Source of the DNA: an uncultured Oscillospiraceae bacterium
GTDB taxonomy: Bacteria > Bacillota > Clostridia > Oscillospirales > Oscillospiraceae
Direction: 5' to 3'
DNA length: 63,313 bases
NCBI GenBank assembly: GCA_904395905.1
Contig: CAJFNZ010000116.1
Location: 1 to 63,313 of the forward strand
Below the pieces are notes generated by a model. That model saw only the letters and a list, made by a program, of their open reading frames with translations, did not search any database and was not told the origin of the DNA. This document shows positions 36,995-46,626 of the stretch, piece by piece; position 1 is the first letter of the stretch; each line of letters starts with the position of its first letter. The position numbers were made by a program, and so were the translations under genes.

Positions 36995-37990
36995 ATGGCA
37001 GAAGTCCTATCACAAAGCCAAATCGATGCCCTGTTAAGTGCGGCTCGCAGCGGCGAGATGGATTTGACGGCTTCGAAAGAGAAGAAGGCCGAGAAGAAGT
37101 ACCGGAAATACGACTTTAACAGCCCGAGAAAGTTTACCAAAGACCGGCTGAAGATGGTCGGCGGCGTGTTTGAGAATTTCACGCGGGTCATCAACTCCCG
37201 AATCAACGGTATGTTGCACACCACCTGTGAGATTACCGTGGACTCGGTGGAGGAGCAGCGATACTATGAGTTTTCCAACGCCCTGACTGAGGGGGATGTG
37301 CTGGCCCTGGCCGACGCGCAGTTGGAGGAGGGCGGACAGAGCGACGAGCCGCCGATTCTCTTCCACTTCACCACTTCTCTGATGCTCAGCATGATGGACC
37401 GGCTCATGGGGGGCGACGGCAGCTTGGATTCGACGCTGCCGGAAAGTTACAATTACACCGATTTGGAGCTCAAGCTCTACGAGACCATCGTCAAGGACAT
37501 GGTTTCCGTCCTGGGCGGCAGCTGGGAGAACTACATCGACCTGGATTTCATCTTCCGCCGGATGGAGACGAATCCGACCCTGGTGCAGCTCATCGGCCTG
37601 GATGAGACGGTGGTGATTGTGGGAATCACCCTGCACTTCCCCAACTGCTCCGGCCAGATGAACATCTGCCTGCCCGGGTCGGTTCTGACCAACATCTTCT
37701 CGCGGATTGCCGCCTCCAACCAGGTGGGCCGCGGGAAGGGCGAGAACCATTCCGACGAGATTCTGGGGATTCTGGAGGAGTCCGAGCTGGTGATTTCCGC
37801 GGAGTTGGGCCGCACGGAGCTGCAGCTGCGGGACATCTACTTCCTCAACGTCGGCGACGTCATCGATTTGGGCCACCCGACGTCAGAACCCATTTACCTC
37901 TACGTGGGCGGCGAGCCCTGGTTCAGCGGAAAAATGGGAATGCAGAACAACAATATGGCCGTGAAAATCGGTGATACGTACCATCAATAG
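36995..37990 (+). CDS. fliM: Flagellar motor switch protein
   Basis: N-terminal 'VLSQSQIDALL', 'YDFNSPRKFTKD', 'MGGDG', C-terminal SpoA domain. Confidence 0.96.
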   Translation: MAEVLSQSQIDALLSAARSGEMDLTASKEKKAEKKYRKYDFNSPRKFTKDRLKMVGGVFENFTRVINSRINGMLHTTCEITVDSVEEQRYYEFSNALTEGDVLALADAQLEEGGQSDEPPILFHFTTSLMLSMMDRLMGGDGSLDSTLPESYNYTDLELKLYETIVKDMVSVLGGSWENYIDLDFIFRRMETNPTLVQLIGLDETVVIVGITLHFPNCSGQMNICLPGSVLTNIFSRIAASNQVGRGKGENHSDEILGILEESELVISAELGRTELQLRDIYFLNVGDVIDLGHPTSEPIYLYVGGEPWFSGKMGMQNNNMAVKIGDTYHQ

Positions 37991-38012
37991 GGAAGAAGGG
38001 ACGAAGAGGGCT

Positions 38013-39299
38013 ATGAACCAAAACATTTTCAGCCCGATGGAACTGGACGCCATCGGCGAAATTATGAATATCAGTTTGGGGTCATCGGCCACCGCGGTTT
38101 CCAACCTGCTGGACCATCGAGTGGACATCACCACTCCGTCGGTCTCCGTGGTTCCGGTGGACGACTTTACCCTGGGCGATTTGGAGCCGGCCATCGGCAT
38201 CGAAATCAAGTACATCTCCGGCCTCGAGGGCAGCAATATCATGCTCCTCAAGCGCAACGACGTCAAGGTGATTGTGGACATCCTGATGGGTTCCTCCATC
38301 CCGGACGAGGAGTTTGAGCTCAATGAGCTGACCGTCAGCGCCGTCTGCGAGGTCATGAACCAGATGATGGGCGCGGCCTCCACGGCCCTGTCGGATTTCC
38401 TGGGCCGCCCGGTGAATATCTCCACCCCCCAGTCCTTTACCCTGGATGATTTGGGGCAGTTCAAGCAGGAACATTTTCAGTACAGCAACGGGATGCTGGT
38501 GGTGGTGCGGTTCCTGCTGCGCATCGAAAACATCCTCCAGAGTGAGTTTGTCAACGTCATGTCCGTGGATTTGGCCCGGGAGCTGATTTCCGGCTTCGGC
38601 ATGGACCTGAGCAGCGGCGAAAAGGGCCAGCAGGCCGTGCCGGCGTCCGCACCGGCGGCAGCCCCGGCGCCGGCTCCGGAGGCTCCGGCCGCATCGGGCG
38701 GAACGCTGAGTCAGGAGGAAATCGAGCGGCTGATGGGCGGCATGGCTGCGGCCGCGCCGGCAGCGCCCCAGGCGGCTGCCGCGCCGCAGCCTGCACCCCA
38801 GCCGGCGCAGTCCCAGGCGGCGCCCCAGCAGGCAGCGCCGCAGCCCGCGCAGCCGCAGGCGGCGCCGGCTGCCGCCCAGGCGCAGCCGATGTATGGCCAG
38901 CCGGTGTACGGGCAGCCGACCTACGGCCAGCCGATGTACGCCCAGCCGATGTACTACCCCCAGCCGGAGCCCCGCACCATCTCCGCCCGGCCCGTGCAGC
39001 TGCCGCAGCTGGATGTGGCGGACCAGATTGGCGAACAGCAGGCCCAGAACCTGGAGCTCATCATGTCCGTTCCCCTGGAGGTGTCGGTGGAAATCGGCAG
39101 AACCAAGCGGAAGGTGGAGGACATTCTGACCTTTACCAAGGGGTCCCTGGTGGTGCTGGACCGGCTGGCGGGCGATCAGGTGGACCTGTTTGTCAACGGT
39201 CTGTGCGTCGCCCGCGGCGATGTGGTTGTCATTGACGACAACTTCGGCATACGCATTACAGAGGTTCTTAAGCGTCCGACCCTGGCGGAGCTGACTTGA
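38013..39299 (+). CDS. fliY: Flagellar switch phosphatase FliY (CheC-like plus FliN domain)
   Basis: Two ExxN motifs ('EIMNI', 'EVMNQ'); C-terminal 'VPLEVSVEIGRT...GDVVVIDDNFGIRITE'. Confidence 0.94.
   Translation: MNQNIFSPMELDAIGEIMNISLGSSATAVSNLLDHRVDITTPSVSVVPVDDFTLGDLEPAIGIEIKYISGLEGSNIMLLKRNDVKVIVDILMGSSIPDEEFELNELTVSAVCEVMNQMMGAASTALSDFLGRPVNISTPQSFTLDDLGQFKQEHFQYSNGMLVVVRFLLRIENILQSEFVNVMSVDLARELISGFGMDLSSGEKGQQAVPASAPAAAPAPAPEAPAASGGTLSQEEIERLMGGMAAAAPAAPQAAAAPQPAPQPAQSQAAPQQAAPQPAQPQAAPAAAQAQPMYGQPVYGQPTYGQPMYAQPMYYPQPEPRTISARPVQLPQLDVADQIGEQQAQNLELIMSVPLEVSVEIGRTKRKVEDILTFTKGSLVVLDRLAGDQVDLFVNGLCVARGDVVVIDDNFGIRITEVLKRPTLAELT
38883..38957 (+). repeat. 15-bp tandem repeat x5 encoding QP[MVT]Y[GAY]
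   Basis: cagccgatgtatggc / cagccggtgtacggg / cagccgacctacggc / cagccgatgtacgcc / cagccgatgtactac. Confidence 0.9.
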
Positions 39300-39343
39300 G
39301 GTCTCGTTTCCAAAACTGATAACTTTAGAAAAGGATGAGTGAC

Positions 39344-39709
39344 ATGGCAAAGATTCTGGTCGTTGACGACGCCGCGTTTATGAGAAAGGTCATTCGGGAC
39401 ACCCTGACCCGGAACGGCTACACCGACATCACCGAGGCCGTGGACGGCAAGGATGCGGTGGACAAGTACTTTGAGATTCACCCGGATTTGGTCCTGATGG
39501 ACATCACCATGCCCAACATGGACGGCCTGGAGGCGCTGAAGGCCATCCGCGCCAAGGATGGCTCGGCCAATATCGTCATGTGTTCGGCCATGGGCCAGGA
39601 GGCCATGGTGGTCGAGGCCGTGCAGGCCGGCATCAAGGACTTCATCGTCAAGCCCTTCAAGGAAGACCGGCTGATGAAGACCGTCAACTCCATTCTGGGC
39701 GCGCCCTGA
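39344..39709 (+). CDS. cheY: Chemotaxis response regulator
   Basis: 'KILVVDDAAFMR', 'MDITMP', 'MCSAMGQ', 'FIVKPF'. Follows fliY. Confidence 0.96.
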   Translation: MAKILVVDDAAFMRKVIRDTLTRNGYTDITEAVDGKDAVDKYFEIHPDLVLMDITMPNMDGLEALKAIRAKDGSANIVMCSAMGQEAMVVEAVQAGIKDFIVKPFKEDRLMKTVNSILGAP

Positions 39710-39720
39710 CGAGCGGTCCC

Positions 39721-40071
39721 ATGGGAGCGGATCTGACCGGCCTGCTGGGGGCCCTGCTGGCCATCTGCCTGGTGCTGGCGCTGGCATACGGGTTCACCCG
39801 GTATGTGGTGGGCCGCAGCGCCGTCGGTCACCGCCTGAGCCGGCATATGCGCGTGCTGGAACAGCTGAGCGTCGGCCGCGACCAAAAGCTGCTGCTGGTC
39901 CAGGTGGGGGAGGAAATCCATCTGCTGGGCGCCGCCCAGGGGGGAATCACGCACCTGCGGACCATCTCTCCGGAGGAGGCCGAACGGTGGCGCCAGGAGG
40001 CGTCCCAGAAGGCCGAAACCATGAGCTTCCAGAAAGCCCTGGGGGAGGTCCTCCGGCAGAGGAAGAAGTAA
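39721..40071 (+). CDS. fliO: Flagellar biosynthesis protein FliO/FliZ
   Basis: Single TM, then 'MRVLEQLSVGRDQKLLLVQVGEE..LLG....GIT.L'. Confidence 0.9.
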   Translation: MGADLTGLLGALLAICLVLALAYGFTRYVVGRSAVGHRLSRHMRVLEQLSVGRDQKLLLVQVGEEIHLLGAAQGGITHLRTISPEEAERWRQEASQKAETMSFQKALGEVLRQRKK

Positions 40072-40083
40072 GGGAGGCTCGAT

Positions 40084-40746
40084 TTGGACGCACTCATCAA
40101 TGTCAACGGCGAAAACTTTCAGACCCTCCAGCTGCTGCTGCTGACAACCCTCATCACCCTGCTGCCTTCGCTGGTGGTGATGATGACCTCCTTCACCCGG
40201 TTTATCATCTCCTTCTCGTTTCTGCGGTCGGCCCTGGGCCTTCAGCAGAACCCGCCCAACATGGTGCTGGTGGGCATCGCGCTGTTCCTGACGCTGTTTA
40301 CCATGTCGCCGGTCATCAGCGAAATCCAGACCACAGCATACGAGCCCTATGTGGCGGAAGAGATTACGCAGGAGGAATTCTTCGACATAGCCCAGCAGCC
40401 GCTGAAGGAGTTTATGCTGGAACAGACCGAGACCAGCTCCCTGGAGCTGTTCTGCGACCTGGCCGGCGTGGAGATGCCCGCTACGACGGAAGAGGCCCTG
40501 GCCATGCCCATGCGGATTGTGGTGCCGGCCTTCATGACCAGCGAACTGAAGCACGCCTTCCTCATCGGCTTCTATCTCTACATTCCCTTCGTGCTGATTG
40601 ACGTGGTCGTGGCTTCGACGCTCATGTCCATGGGCATGATTATGCTGCCGCCTTCGATGATTTCCATGCCCTTCAAGCTGTTGCTTTTCATCTCCCTGGA
40701 CGGCTGGCAGCTGCTGTTCTCCACCCTTGTGCGCTCGTTCCAGTGA
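40084..40746 (+). CDS. fliP: Flagellar export pore protein
   Basis: 'MTSFTRFII', 'QQNPPN', 'PAFMTSEL', 'MGMIMLPP', 'DGW'. Confidence 0.97.
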   Translation: MDALINVNGENFQTLQLLLLTTLITLLPSLVVMMTSFTRFIISFSFLRSALGLQQNPPNMVLVGIALFLTLFTMSPVISEIQTTAYEPYVAEEITQEEFFDIAQQPLKEFMLEQTETSSLELFCDLAGVEMPATTEEALAMPMRIVVPAFMTSELKHAFLIGFYLYIPFVLIDVVVASTLMSMGMIMLPPSMISMPFKLLLFISLDGWQLLFSTLVRSFQ

Positions 40747-40760
40747 AGGGAGGCTAGGCC

Positions 40761-41006
40761 TTGGAAGCCGTCGATATTCTGCGGGAAGGCACCAGCCTGG
40801 CCCTGATGATTTCCGCGCCGCTGCTGCTGCTGGGGATGCTGGTGGGCATCATCGTCGCCATTTTCCAGGCGGTCACCCAGATTCACGAACAGTCCCTCTC
40901 CTTTATCCTCAAGCTGATTGTGGTGGTCATCGTCCTGCTGGTGGGCGGCGACTGGATGCTGGAGCGGCTGATGGATTTCACCCGTTATCTCTTCTCCCTG
41001 ATGTAA
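40761..41006 (+). CDS. fliQ: Flagellar export protein
   Basis: 'FQAVTQIHEQSLSFILK'. Confidence 0.96.
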   Translation: MEAVDILREGTSLALMISAPLLLLGMLVGIIVAIFQAVTQIHEQSLSFILKLIVVVIVLLVGGDWMLERLMDFTRYLFSLM

Positions 41007-41018
41007 GAGGCCTTGCCG

Positions 41019-41795
41019 ATGATTGGATGGGAGGAGCTGTACTTCTTTGAGGCGGTCCTCATGCGGATGAGCGGCTTTGTGCTGTTCAATCCCATCCTGG
41101 GCCGCAACAACATCCCCGGCTATGTCAAGGCCGGCATCATCCTGGTGCTGTCGGCGTTCCTGTACAGTCTGGGGATGCCGGACCAGCTGGCGGTACCGGA
41201 AACGGTCCTCGCCCTGGTGCTGCACCTGCTGTTGGAGCTGGCCGTGGGCTTTGTCCTGGGCTTCATCATGCAGCTGTGCATCGCGGTGGTCCAGGTGGGC
41301 GGCGAGATGATTGACGCCCAGATGGGCCTGACCATGGCCCAGACCTATGACGCCGGCAGCCAAATCAATATGACGGTGACGGCGTCCCTGCTGAACATTT
41401 TGTTTGTGATGGCCTTCTTTCTGGAAAACGGCCACTATACGCTGATGCGGATCCTGCTGACTTCCAACGAGGCCCTGCCTCTGGGCACAGCGGTGCTGGA
41501 TGCGCGGATTGCCTCCTACGTGGCGGAGATTTTCCTGACGTCCATCGTCCTGGCCATGAAGCTGGCCTTGCCGATTTTGGCGGCGGAGCTGCTGGGCGAG
41601 GTGGGCATGGGCATCCTCATGAAGGCCATCCCCCAGATAAACGCCTTTGTCATCAACATTGAACTGAAGGTGGTCATCGGGCTGGTGCTGCTGTTTTTGT
41701 TCCTGGCGCCCATCAATGAGTTCCTTCTGGATGTGGAAAAGCAGATGCTCGACTTCCTGAGCCGGGCGTTGGAGGTGCTGGGGCCTTCGGGATAG
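41019..41795 (+). CDS. fliR: Flagellar export protein
   Basis: 'GEMIDAQMGL', 'NGHY', 'KAIPQINAF'. ATG 41019 preferred over TTG 41013. Confidence 0.95.
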   Translation: MIGWEELYFFEAVLMRMSGFVLFNPILGRNNIPGYVKAGIILVLSAFLYSLGMPDQLAVPETVLALVLHLLLELAVGFVLGFIMQLCIAVVQVGGEMIDAQMGLTMAQTYDAGSQINMTVTASLLNILFVMAFFLENGHYTLMRILLTSNEALPLGTAVLDARIASYVAEIFLTSIVLAMKLALPILAAELLGEVGMGILMKAIPQINAFVINIELKVVIGLVLLFLFLAPINEFLLDVEKQMLDFLSRALEVLGPSG

Positions 41796-41820
41796 ACGAC
41801 CGCACAAGGGGGGATGCATC

Positions 41821-42885
41821 GTGGCCGACGGGCAGAAGACCGAAAAGGCAACCCCAAAGAAACGACGGGACGAACGGAAGAAGGGCAATATCTTCTTCAG
41901 CAACGACGCCGTTTCCGTGGTGGTGCTTCTGGGCGGCTTTGCCGTCCTGCGGATCCTGGGTCTGTGGATGGTGGAGCAGCTGGTGGGCTTTCTCCGCCAG
42001 TGTATGGCCCTGGCGGCCGCGCCTTCCATGGAGACCGCCGTGGGGGACGTGGGCGGCCTGTTTCTCTCCGCCGTGTGGGCGTTCGTCAAGGCGGCCGGCC
42101 CGGTGATGGCCGTGGTGGCCCTGCTGGGCATTGCGGCGACCTTCTTCCAGACGAGGATGCTGGTGACCGGCGAATCCCTCAAGCCGAAATTCAGCCGCAT
42201 CAACCCCATCCAGGGGTTTCGCCGGCTGTTCTCCTTTCGCAGCATCGTGGAGGCCCTCAAGGGACTCTTCAAAATTGTGGTGCTGCTGTATCTGATTTAC
42301 AACTATATCGTCGGTGTGGTGGACCTCTTCACCCGGTATATGCGGACCGATTTGCTGACGGCCTGCGCCCACCTCTTCGGGGAGACCTTTTCCCTGGCCA
42401 TGCAGATTGGCATCGCCTTTGCGGTGCTGGCCGGGGCGGACATCTTCTACCAGTGGTGGGACTACGAGCGCCAGCTGCGCATGACCAAGCAGGAAATCAA
42501 AGAGGAATACAAGCAGACGGAAGGCGACCCGCAAATCAAGGGCCAGATTAAAGCCGCCCAGCGGAAAATGGCCCAGTCCCGGATGATGCAGCAGGTGCCC
42601 AAAGCCGATGTGGTCATCCGGAACCCGACGCACTTCGCGGTGGCGCTGCGGTACCGGCCCGACAAGGACGCGGCGCCGGTGGTGCTGGCCAAGGGCCAGG
42701 ACGAGGTGGCGGCGCGGATTGTCCGCAAGGCCCAGGAGTTTGACATTGCGATTATTGAGAATGTGCCTTTGGCCAGAGCGCTGTACGCCACCGCAGAGCT
42801 CAACCGGGAAATCCCGCCGGAGCTGTACAACGCTGTGGCCGAGGTGCTGGTGTACCTCTACCGTATTGACAAGAAGCTGCCGTGA
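41821..42885 (+). CDS. flhB: Flagellar export switch protein
   Basis: 'KTEKATPKK', 'MTKQEIKEEYKQTEGDP', intact autocleavage motif 'NPTH'. Confidence 0.97.
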   Translation: MADGQKTEKATPKKRRDERKKGNIFFSNDAVSVVVLLGGFAVLRILGLWMVEQLVGFLRQCMALAAAPSMETAVGDVGGLFLSAVWAFVKAAGPVMAVVALLGIAATFFQTRMLVTGESLKPKFSRINPIQGFRRLFSFRSIVEALKGLFKIVVLLYLIYNYIVGVVDLFTRYMRTDLLTACAHLFGETFSLAMQIGIAFAVLAGADIFYQWWDYERQLRMTKQEIKEEYKQTEGDPQIKGQIKAAQRKMAQSRMMQQVPKADVVIRNPTHFAVALRYRPDKDAAPVVLAKGQDEVAARIVRKAQEFDIAIIENVPLARALYATAELNREIPPELYNAVAEVLVYLYRIDKKLP

Positions 42886-42912
42886 GTTCGGCGGTAAGAC
42901 CTGGAGGACTGT

Positions 42913-45003
42913 ATGAGACGAATCCTCAACAATGCAATATCGCTGATGGTCGTCGTCGTCGTCCTGTTCCTGGTGGTCCCGCTGCAGACGGCGCTGCTGG
43001 ATGTTCTGTTGATTTTCAACATCGCCCTGTCCATCATGGTGCTGATGATTACGATGAACATCTCGGAGCCGCTGGAGTTTTCGATTTTCCCGTCCCTGCT
43101 CCTGATTACGACGCTGTTCCGTCTGGGCCTCAATGTGGCGGCCACCCGGATTATCCTCTCCGAGGGCGGCCAGGCCGGTGTGGTCATCTCGGCTTTCGGC
43201 CAGCTGATTACCCAGGGCAACGTCGTCATCGGCGTGGTCATCTTCCTGATTATCGTCCTGGTGCAGTTCATCGTCATCACCAAGGGCGCCGAGCGCGTCT
43301 CGGAGGTGGCGGCCCGGTTCACCCTGGACGCCATGCCCGGCAAGCAGATGGCCATTGACGCGGATCTCAGTTCCGGCCTTATCAACGAGAGCGAGGCCCG
43401 AATCCGCCGCCAGAAGATTCAGAAGGAAGCCGATTTCTACGGCGCGATGGACGGCGCGACGAAGATTGTCAAAGGCGACGCCATCATGTCCCTGGTGATT
43501 ACGGTCATCAACTTCGTCGGCGGCCTGATTATCGGCATGGTCCAGGGCGGCGGCGATTTGAACACCGTCCTCAACGTCTATTCCATCGCCACCATCGGCA
43601 ACGGCCTGGTCTCCCAGCTGCCGGCGCTGATGATTTCCACGGCCACGGGCATGATTGTCACCCGTTCCGTGTCCGACGGCAGCCTCAACACCGATGTGGC
43701 CGCCCAGTTCAAGGCCCAGCCCCGGGCCATCCTCTCCACGGGCATCATCCTGGTGCTGCTGGCCCTGGTGCCCGGCACGCCGACGCTGCCCCTGCTGCTG
43801 GTGGGCGCCCTGCTGGCCGGCGGCGGCTACTGGGGAAACCGCCGGCTGACCCACGCCCGGCAGACCCAGGAGGCCGAGGCGGCCGCCGCAGGCCAGCCGA
43901 CGCCCGAGGTCCAGGCCGCCAGCGAGGCCGACTTCTACAAGGACATCAACAACGTCTACTCTCTGCTGACGGTGGAGCCGGTGGAGATGGAGTTTGGATA
44001 CAGCCTCATTCCGCTGGTGGACGAGGCCAGCGGCGGCAAACTCATCAGCCGCATCGTCATCTTCCGCCGCCAGTACGCCCAGGATATGGGATTTGTCATC
44101 CCCTCCATCCGCCTTCACGACGGCGCCTCCCTGGGCACCAACCAGTACGTCATCAAGATCCGCGGCGAGGAGGTGGCCCGCGGCGAGATCCTTGTGGACT
44201 ACTATCTGGCGCTGGAGCCGGCCAATCCCCTGGGCGAGATTGACGGCATCGAGACCATTGAACCGGCGTACGGCATCCCGTCCCGGTGGATTCTCCCGGA
44301 GAACAAGGAGATGGCCGAAATCTACGGCTACACGGTCATCACGCCGCTGACGGTCATGCTGACCCACCTGTCGGAGACCATCAAGAAATACGCCTACGAG
44401 CTGCTCAACCGGTCGGAGACCATGCAGCTGGTGGAGCATCTCAAGAAAACGGAGCCGGAGCTGGTGGCCGACGCCATCCCCAACGTCATTACCTACGCCA
44501 ATCTGGAGAAGATTCTCAAGAACCTCCTCCGGGAGGGGATTCCCATCCGCGACTTGGCCACCATTCTGGAGGCCATTGTGGAGGCCAGCGGGACGACCCA
44601 CGACATCGACATGATTACCGAGCAGGTCCGCGGCGCCCTGAGCCGCACCATCACCCGGCGGTTCTGTGAGAACGGCCAGCTGCGCGTGGTGACGCTGGAC
44701 GCTGAGGTGGAAAAGAAGGTTCTGGCCGCTCTGACGAAGAACGACCACGGCGTCTACCTGGCGCTGAGCCCCGACATCATGCAGCAAATCGTGACGCAGC
44801 TGGGAGAGCTGCGGAAAAAGTTCAACGAGCTGGGCCAAACGCCGGTGGTGCTGACCAGTCAGATTATCCGCGTGTACCTGGCCCGCCTCATCAATCCGTT
44901 TTACCCTGACGTCTACGTGCTGTCCTTCAACGAGATTACCAGCAACGTGCAGATCCAGGCGCTGGGCAACATCACGCTCCAGCAGCAGGAAAAGCGGGCA
45001 TAG
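42913..45003 (+). CDS. flhA: Flagellar export gate protein
   Basis: FHIPEP signature 'RVSEVAARFTLDAMPGKQMAIDADL', 'FYGAMDGA'. Confidence 0.98.
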   Translation: MRRILNNAISLMVVVVVLFLVVPLQTALLDVLLIFNIALSIMVLMITMNISEPLEFSIFPSLLLITTLFRLGLNVAATRIILSEGGQAGVVISAFGQLITQGNVVIGVVIFLIIVLVQFIVITKGAERVSEVAARFTLDAMPGKQMAIDADLSSGLINESEARIRRQKIQKEADFYGAMDGATKIVKGDAIMSLVITVINFVGGLIIGMVQGGGDLNTVLNVYSIATIGNGLVSQLPALMISTATGMIVTRSVSDGSLNTDVAAQFKAQPRAILSTGIILVLLALVPGTPTLPLLLVGALLAGGGYWGNRRLTHARQTQEAEAAAAGQPTPEVQAASEADFYKDINNVYSLLTVEPVEMEFGYSLIPLVDEASGGKLISRIVIFRRQYAQDMGFVIPSIRLHDGASLGTNQYVIKIRGEEVARGEILVDYYLALEPANPLGEIDGIETIEPAYGIPSRWILPENKEMAEIYGYTVITPLTVMLTHLSETIKKYAYELLNRSETMQLVEHLKKTEPELVADAIPNVITYANLEKILKNLLREGIPIRDLATILEAIVEASGTTHDIDMITEQVRGALSRTITRRFCENGQLRVVTLDAEVEKKVLAALTKNDHGVYLALSPDIMQQIVTQLGELRKKFNELGQTPVVLTSQIIRVYLARLINPFYPDVYVLSFNEITSNVQIQALGNITLQQQEKRA

Positions 45004-45023
45004 GGAAGCAGGGAGGCGACGCC

Positions 45024-45839
45024 ATGGAGTGCATAGAGCAGCGGAGCGGTCCGACAGCGGCGGTCTACACCCAGGAGCAGCTGGACGCCATGGACAACCA
45101 GACGCTCCTTTCCCTGTACCAGGAAACCGGCAGCGAGGAACTGAAATGGGCCCTGGTGCTGCGGTTCACGGGACTCATCCGCAGGATGGCGTCCCAGGTC
45201 TGCGGCCTGTACAGCAGCTTCGCCCAGCTGGACGACATCGTCAACGAGGGAATCCTGGTGCTGCTGAGCGCTGTGGACAAGTTCGACCCCTCCAAGGACG
45301 TGAAGTTTGAGACGTACGTCTCCAAGCGCCTGCGGGGGATGATTATCGATTTGGCCCGGAACCAGGACTGGCTGCCGCGGCAGGTGCGGCAGAAGTCCAT
45401 CCGGCTGAACCGCGCCGCCGAGGAACTGGCCATGGAGCTGGGCAGGACTCCGAGCAGCCAGGAGGTTGCCGACCGCTTGGGCCTGAACCGGGAGGAGTAC
45501 GCCAATCTCCTGTCGGAGACGGCGGTGTCCGGGCTGGTTTCCCTGGAGTCGCTGCTGGATGCCGGCCTCAGCGGCGGCAGCCGTCAGGTATTTAGCGCCG
45601 ACGCCGGCGCCCAGCCCGAGGAGCGGTACCAGGAGCGGGAGCTCCACGAGGTCCTGCAAAAAGGCATCGCCTCCCTGCGGGAAAAAGAGCAGACGGTTCT
45701 CTCCCTCTATTACGAGAAGGAACTGAATATGAAGGAAATCGCCAAGCTGCTGAATGTCAGCGCCCCGCGGGTCTCGCAGATCCACAGCCGGGCCATTCAG
45801 CACCTGTATCTATACATGAAGCAGTATTTGGAGACGTAA
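45024..45839 (+). CDS. fliA: Flagellar sigma factor sigma28
   Basis: 'AVDKFDP..DVKFETY...RLRGMIID..R..DWLPR', 'L.EKEQTVLSLYY..ELNMKEIA..L.VS..RVSQIH'. Confidence 0.95.
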   Translation: MECIEQRSGPTAAVYTQEQLDAMDNQTLLSLYQETGSEELKWALVLRFTGLIRRMASQVCGLYSSFAQLDDIVNEGILVLLSAVDKFDPSKDVKFETYVSKRLRGMIIDLARNQDWLPRQVRQKSIRLNRAAEELAMELGRTPSSQEVADRLGLNREEYANLLSETAVSGLVSLESLLDAGLSGGSRQVFSADAGAQPEERYQERELHEVLQKGIASLREKEQTVLSLYYEKELNMKEIAKLLNVSAPRVSQIHSRAIQHLYLYMKQYLET

Positions 45840-45856
45840 CGAAAGGCGGACGGACC

Positions 45857-46612
45857 ATGACCAAGGGATTTTACAATTTGACGTCCGGCGTACTGTCCCA
45901 GACCCGGCGGCTGGATGTGGTGGCCAACAACATGGTCAATCTGGCCACCCCAGGCTACAAGACCGAGCAGTACACCGACAGCACCTTTGAAGAGGTGATG
46001 ATGAGCCTGGTGGGCAACAAGGACAAGACCGGCGCCCAGCCCATCGGCCAGGAGAGCTACATCCTCGCCCCCAGCGAGCTGTACGTGGACTACTCCCAGG
46101 GCTCCCTGGAGGAGACCGGCCAGAACCTGGACTTTGCCATCGTGGGGGAGGGGTACTTCGCCGTGGACACCGCGGACGGGGTGGAGTACACCCGGGGCGG
46201 CAGCTTCTCCCTGGATGACGCCGGCTATCTGTACCTGCCGGCCCACGGCCGAGTGCTGGGAATGGATGGGCAGCCCATCTATCTGCCGACGGACAACATC
46301 CGGGCCGACGGCTTCGGCCGGATCTACTCGGCCGACGGCACCGCCCTGCTGGGACAGATTGGCGTCTTCACCTTTGCGGACAACGCGCAGATGGTCAAAA
46401 ACCCCAGCGGGCTGTTCGGCCCCAACGGCCAGGCGCCGGCAGCGGCAGGGGGCGAGGTCCGCTGGCAGTGGGTCGAGAATTCCAACGTGGACATGGTCCG
46501 GGAGATGAGCCAGATGATGTCGTCCCAGCGGGCGCTTCAGAGCGCCGCCCAGGTGCTGACGCTGTACGATCAGCTGCTGACCCGGGCCACCACCGAGCTG
46601 GGCCGGCTGTAA
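45857..46612 (+). CDS. flgF: Flagellar rod protein (FlgF/FlhO-like)
   Basis: 'LDVVANNMVNLATPGYK', 'DFAIVGEGYF', 'ENSNVD'. First of a tandem pair. Confidence 0.82.
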   Translation: MTKGFYNLTSGVLSQTRRLDVVANNMVNLATPGYKTEQYTDSTFEEVMMSLVGNKDKTGAQPIGQESYILAPSELYVDYSQGSLEETGQNLDFAIVGEGYFAVDTADGVEYTRGGSFSLDDAGYLYLPAHGRVLGMDGQPIYLPTDNIRADGFGRIYSADGTALLGQIGVFTFADNAQMVKNPSGLFGPNGQAPAAAGGEVRWQWVENSNVDMVREMSQMMSSQRALQSAAQVLTLYDQLLTRATTELGRL

Positions 46613-46626
46613 GGAGGGAATAATCG

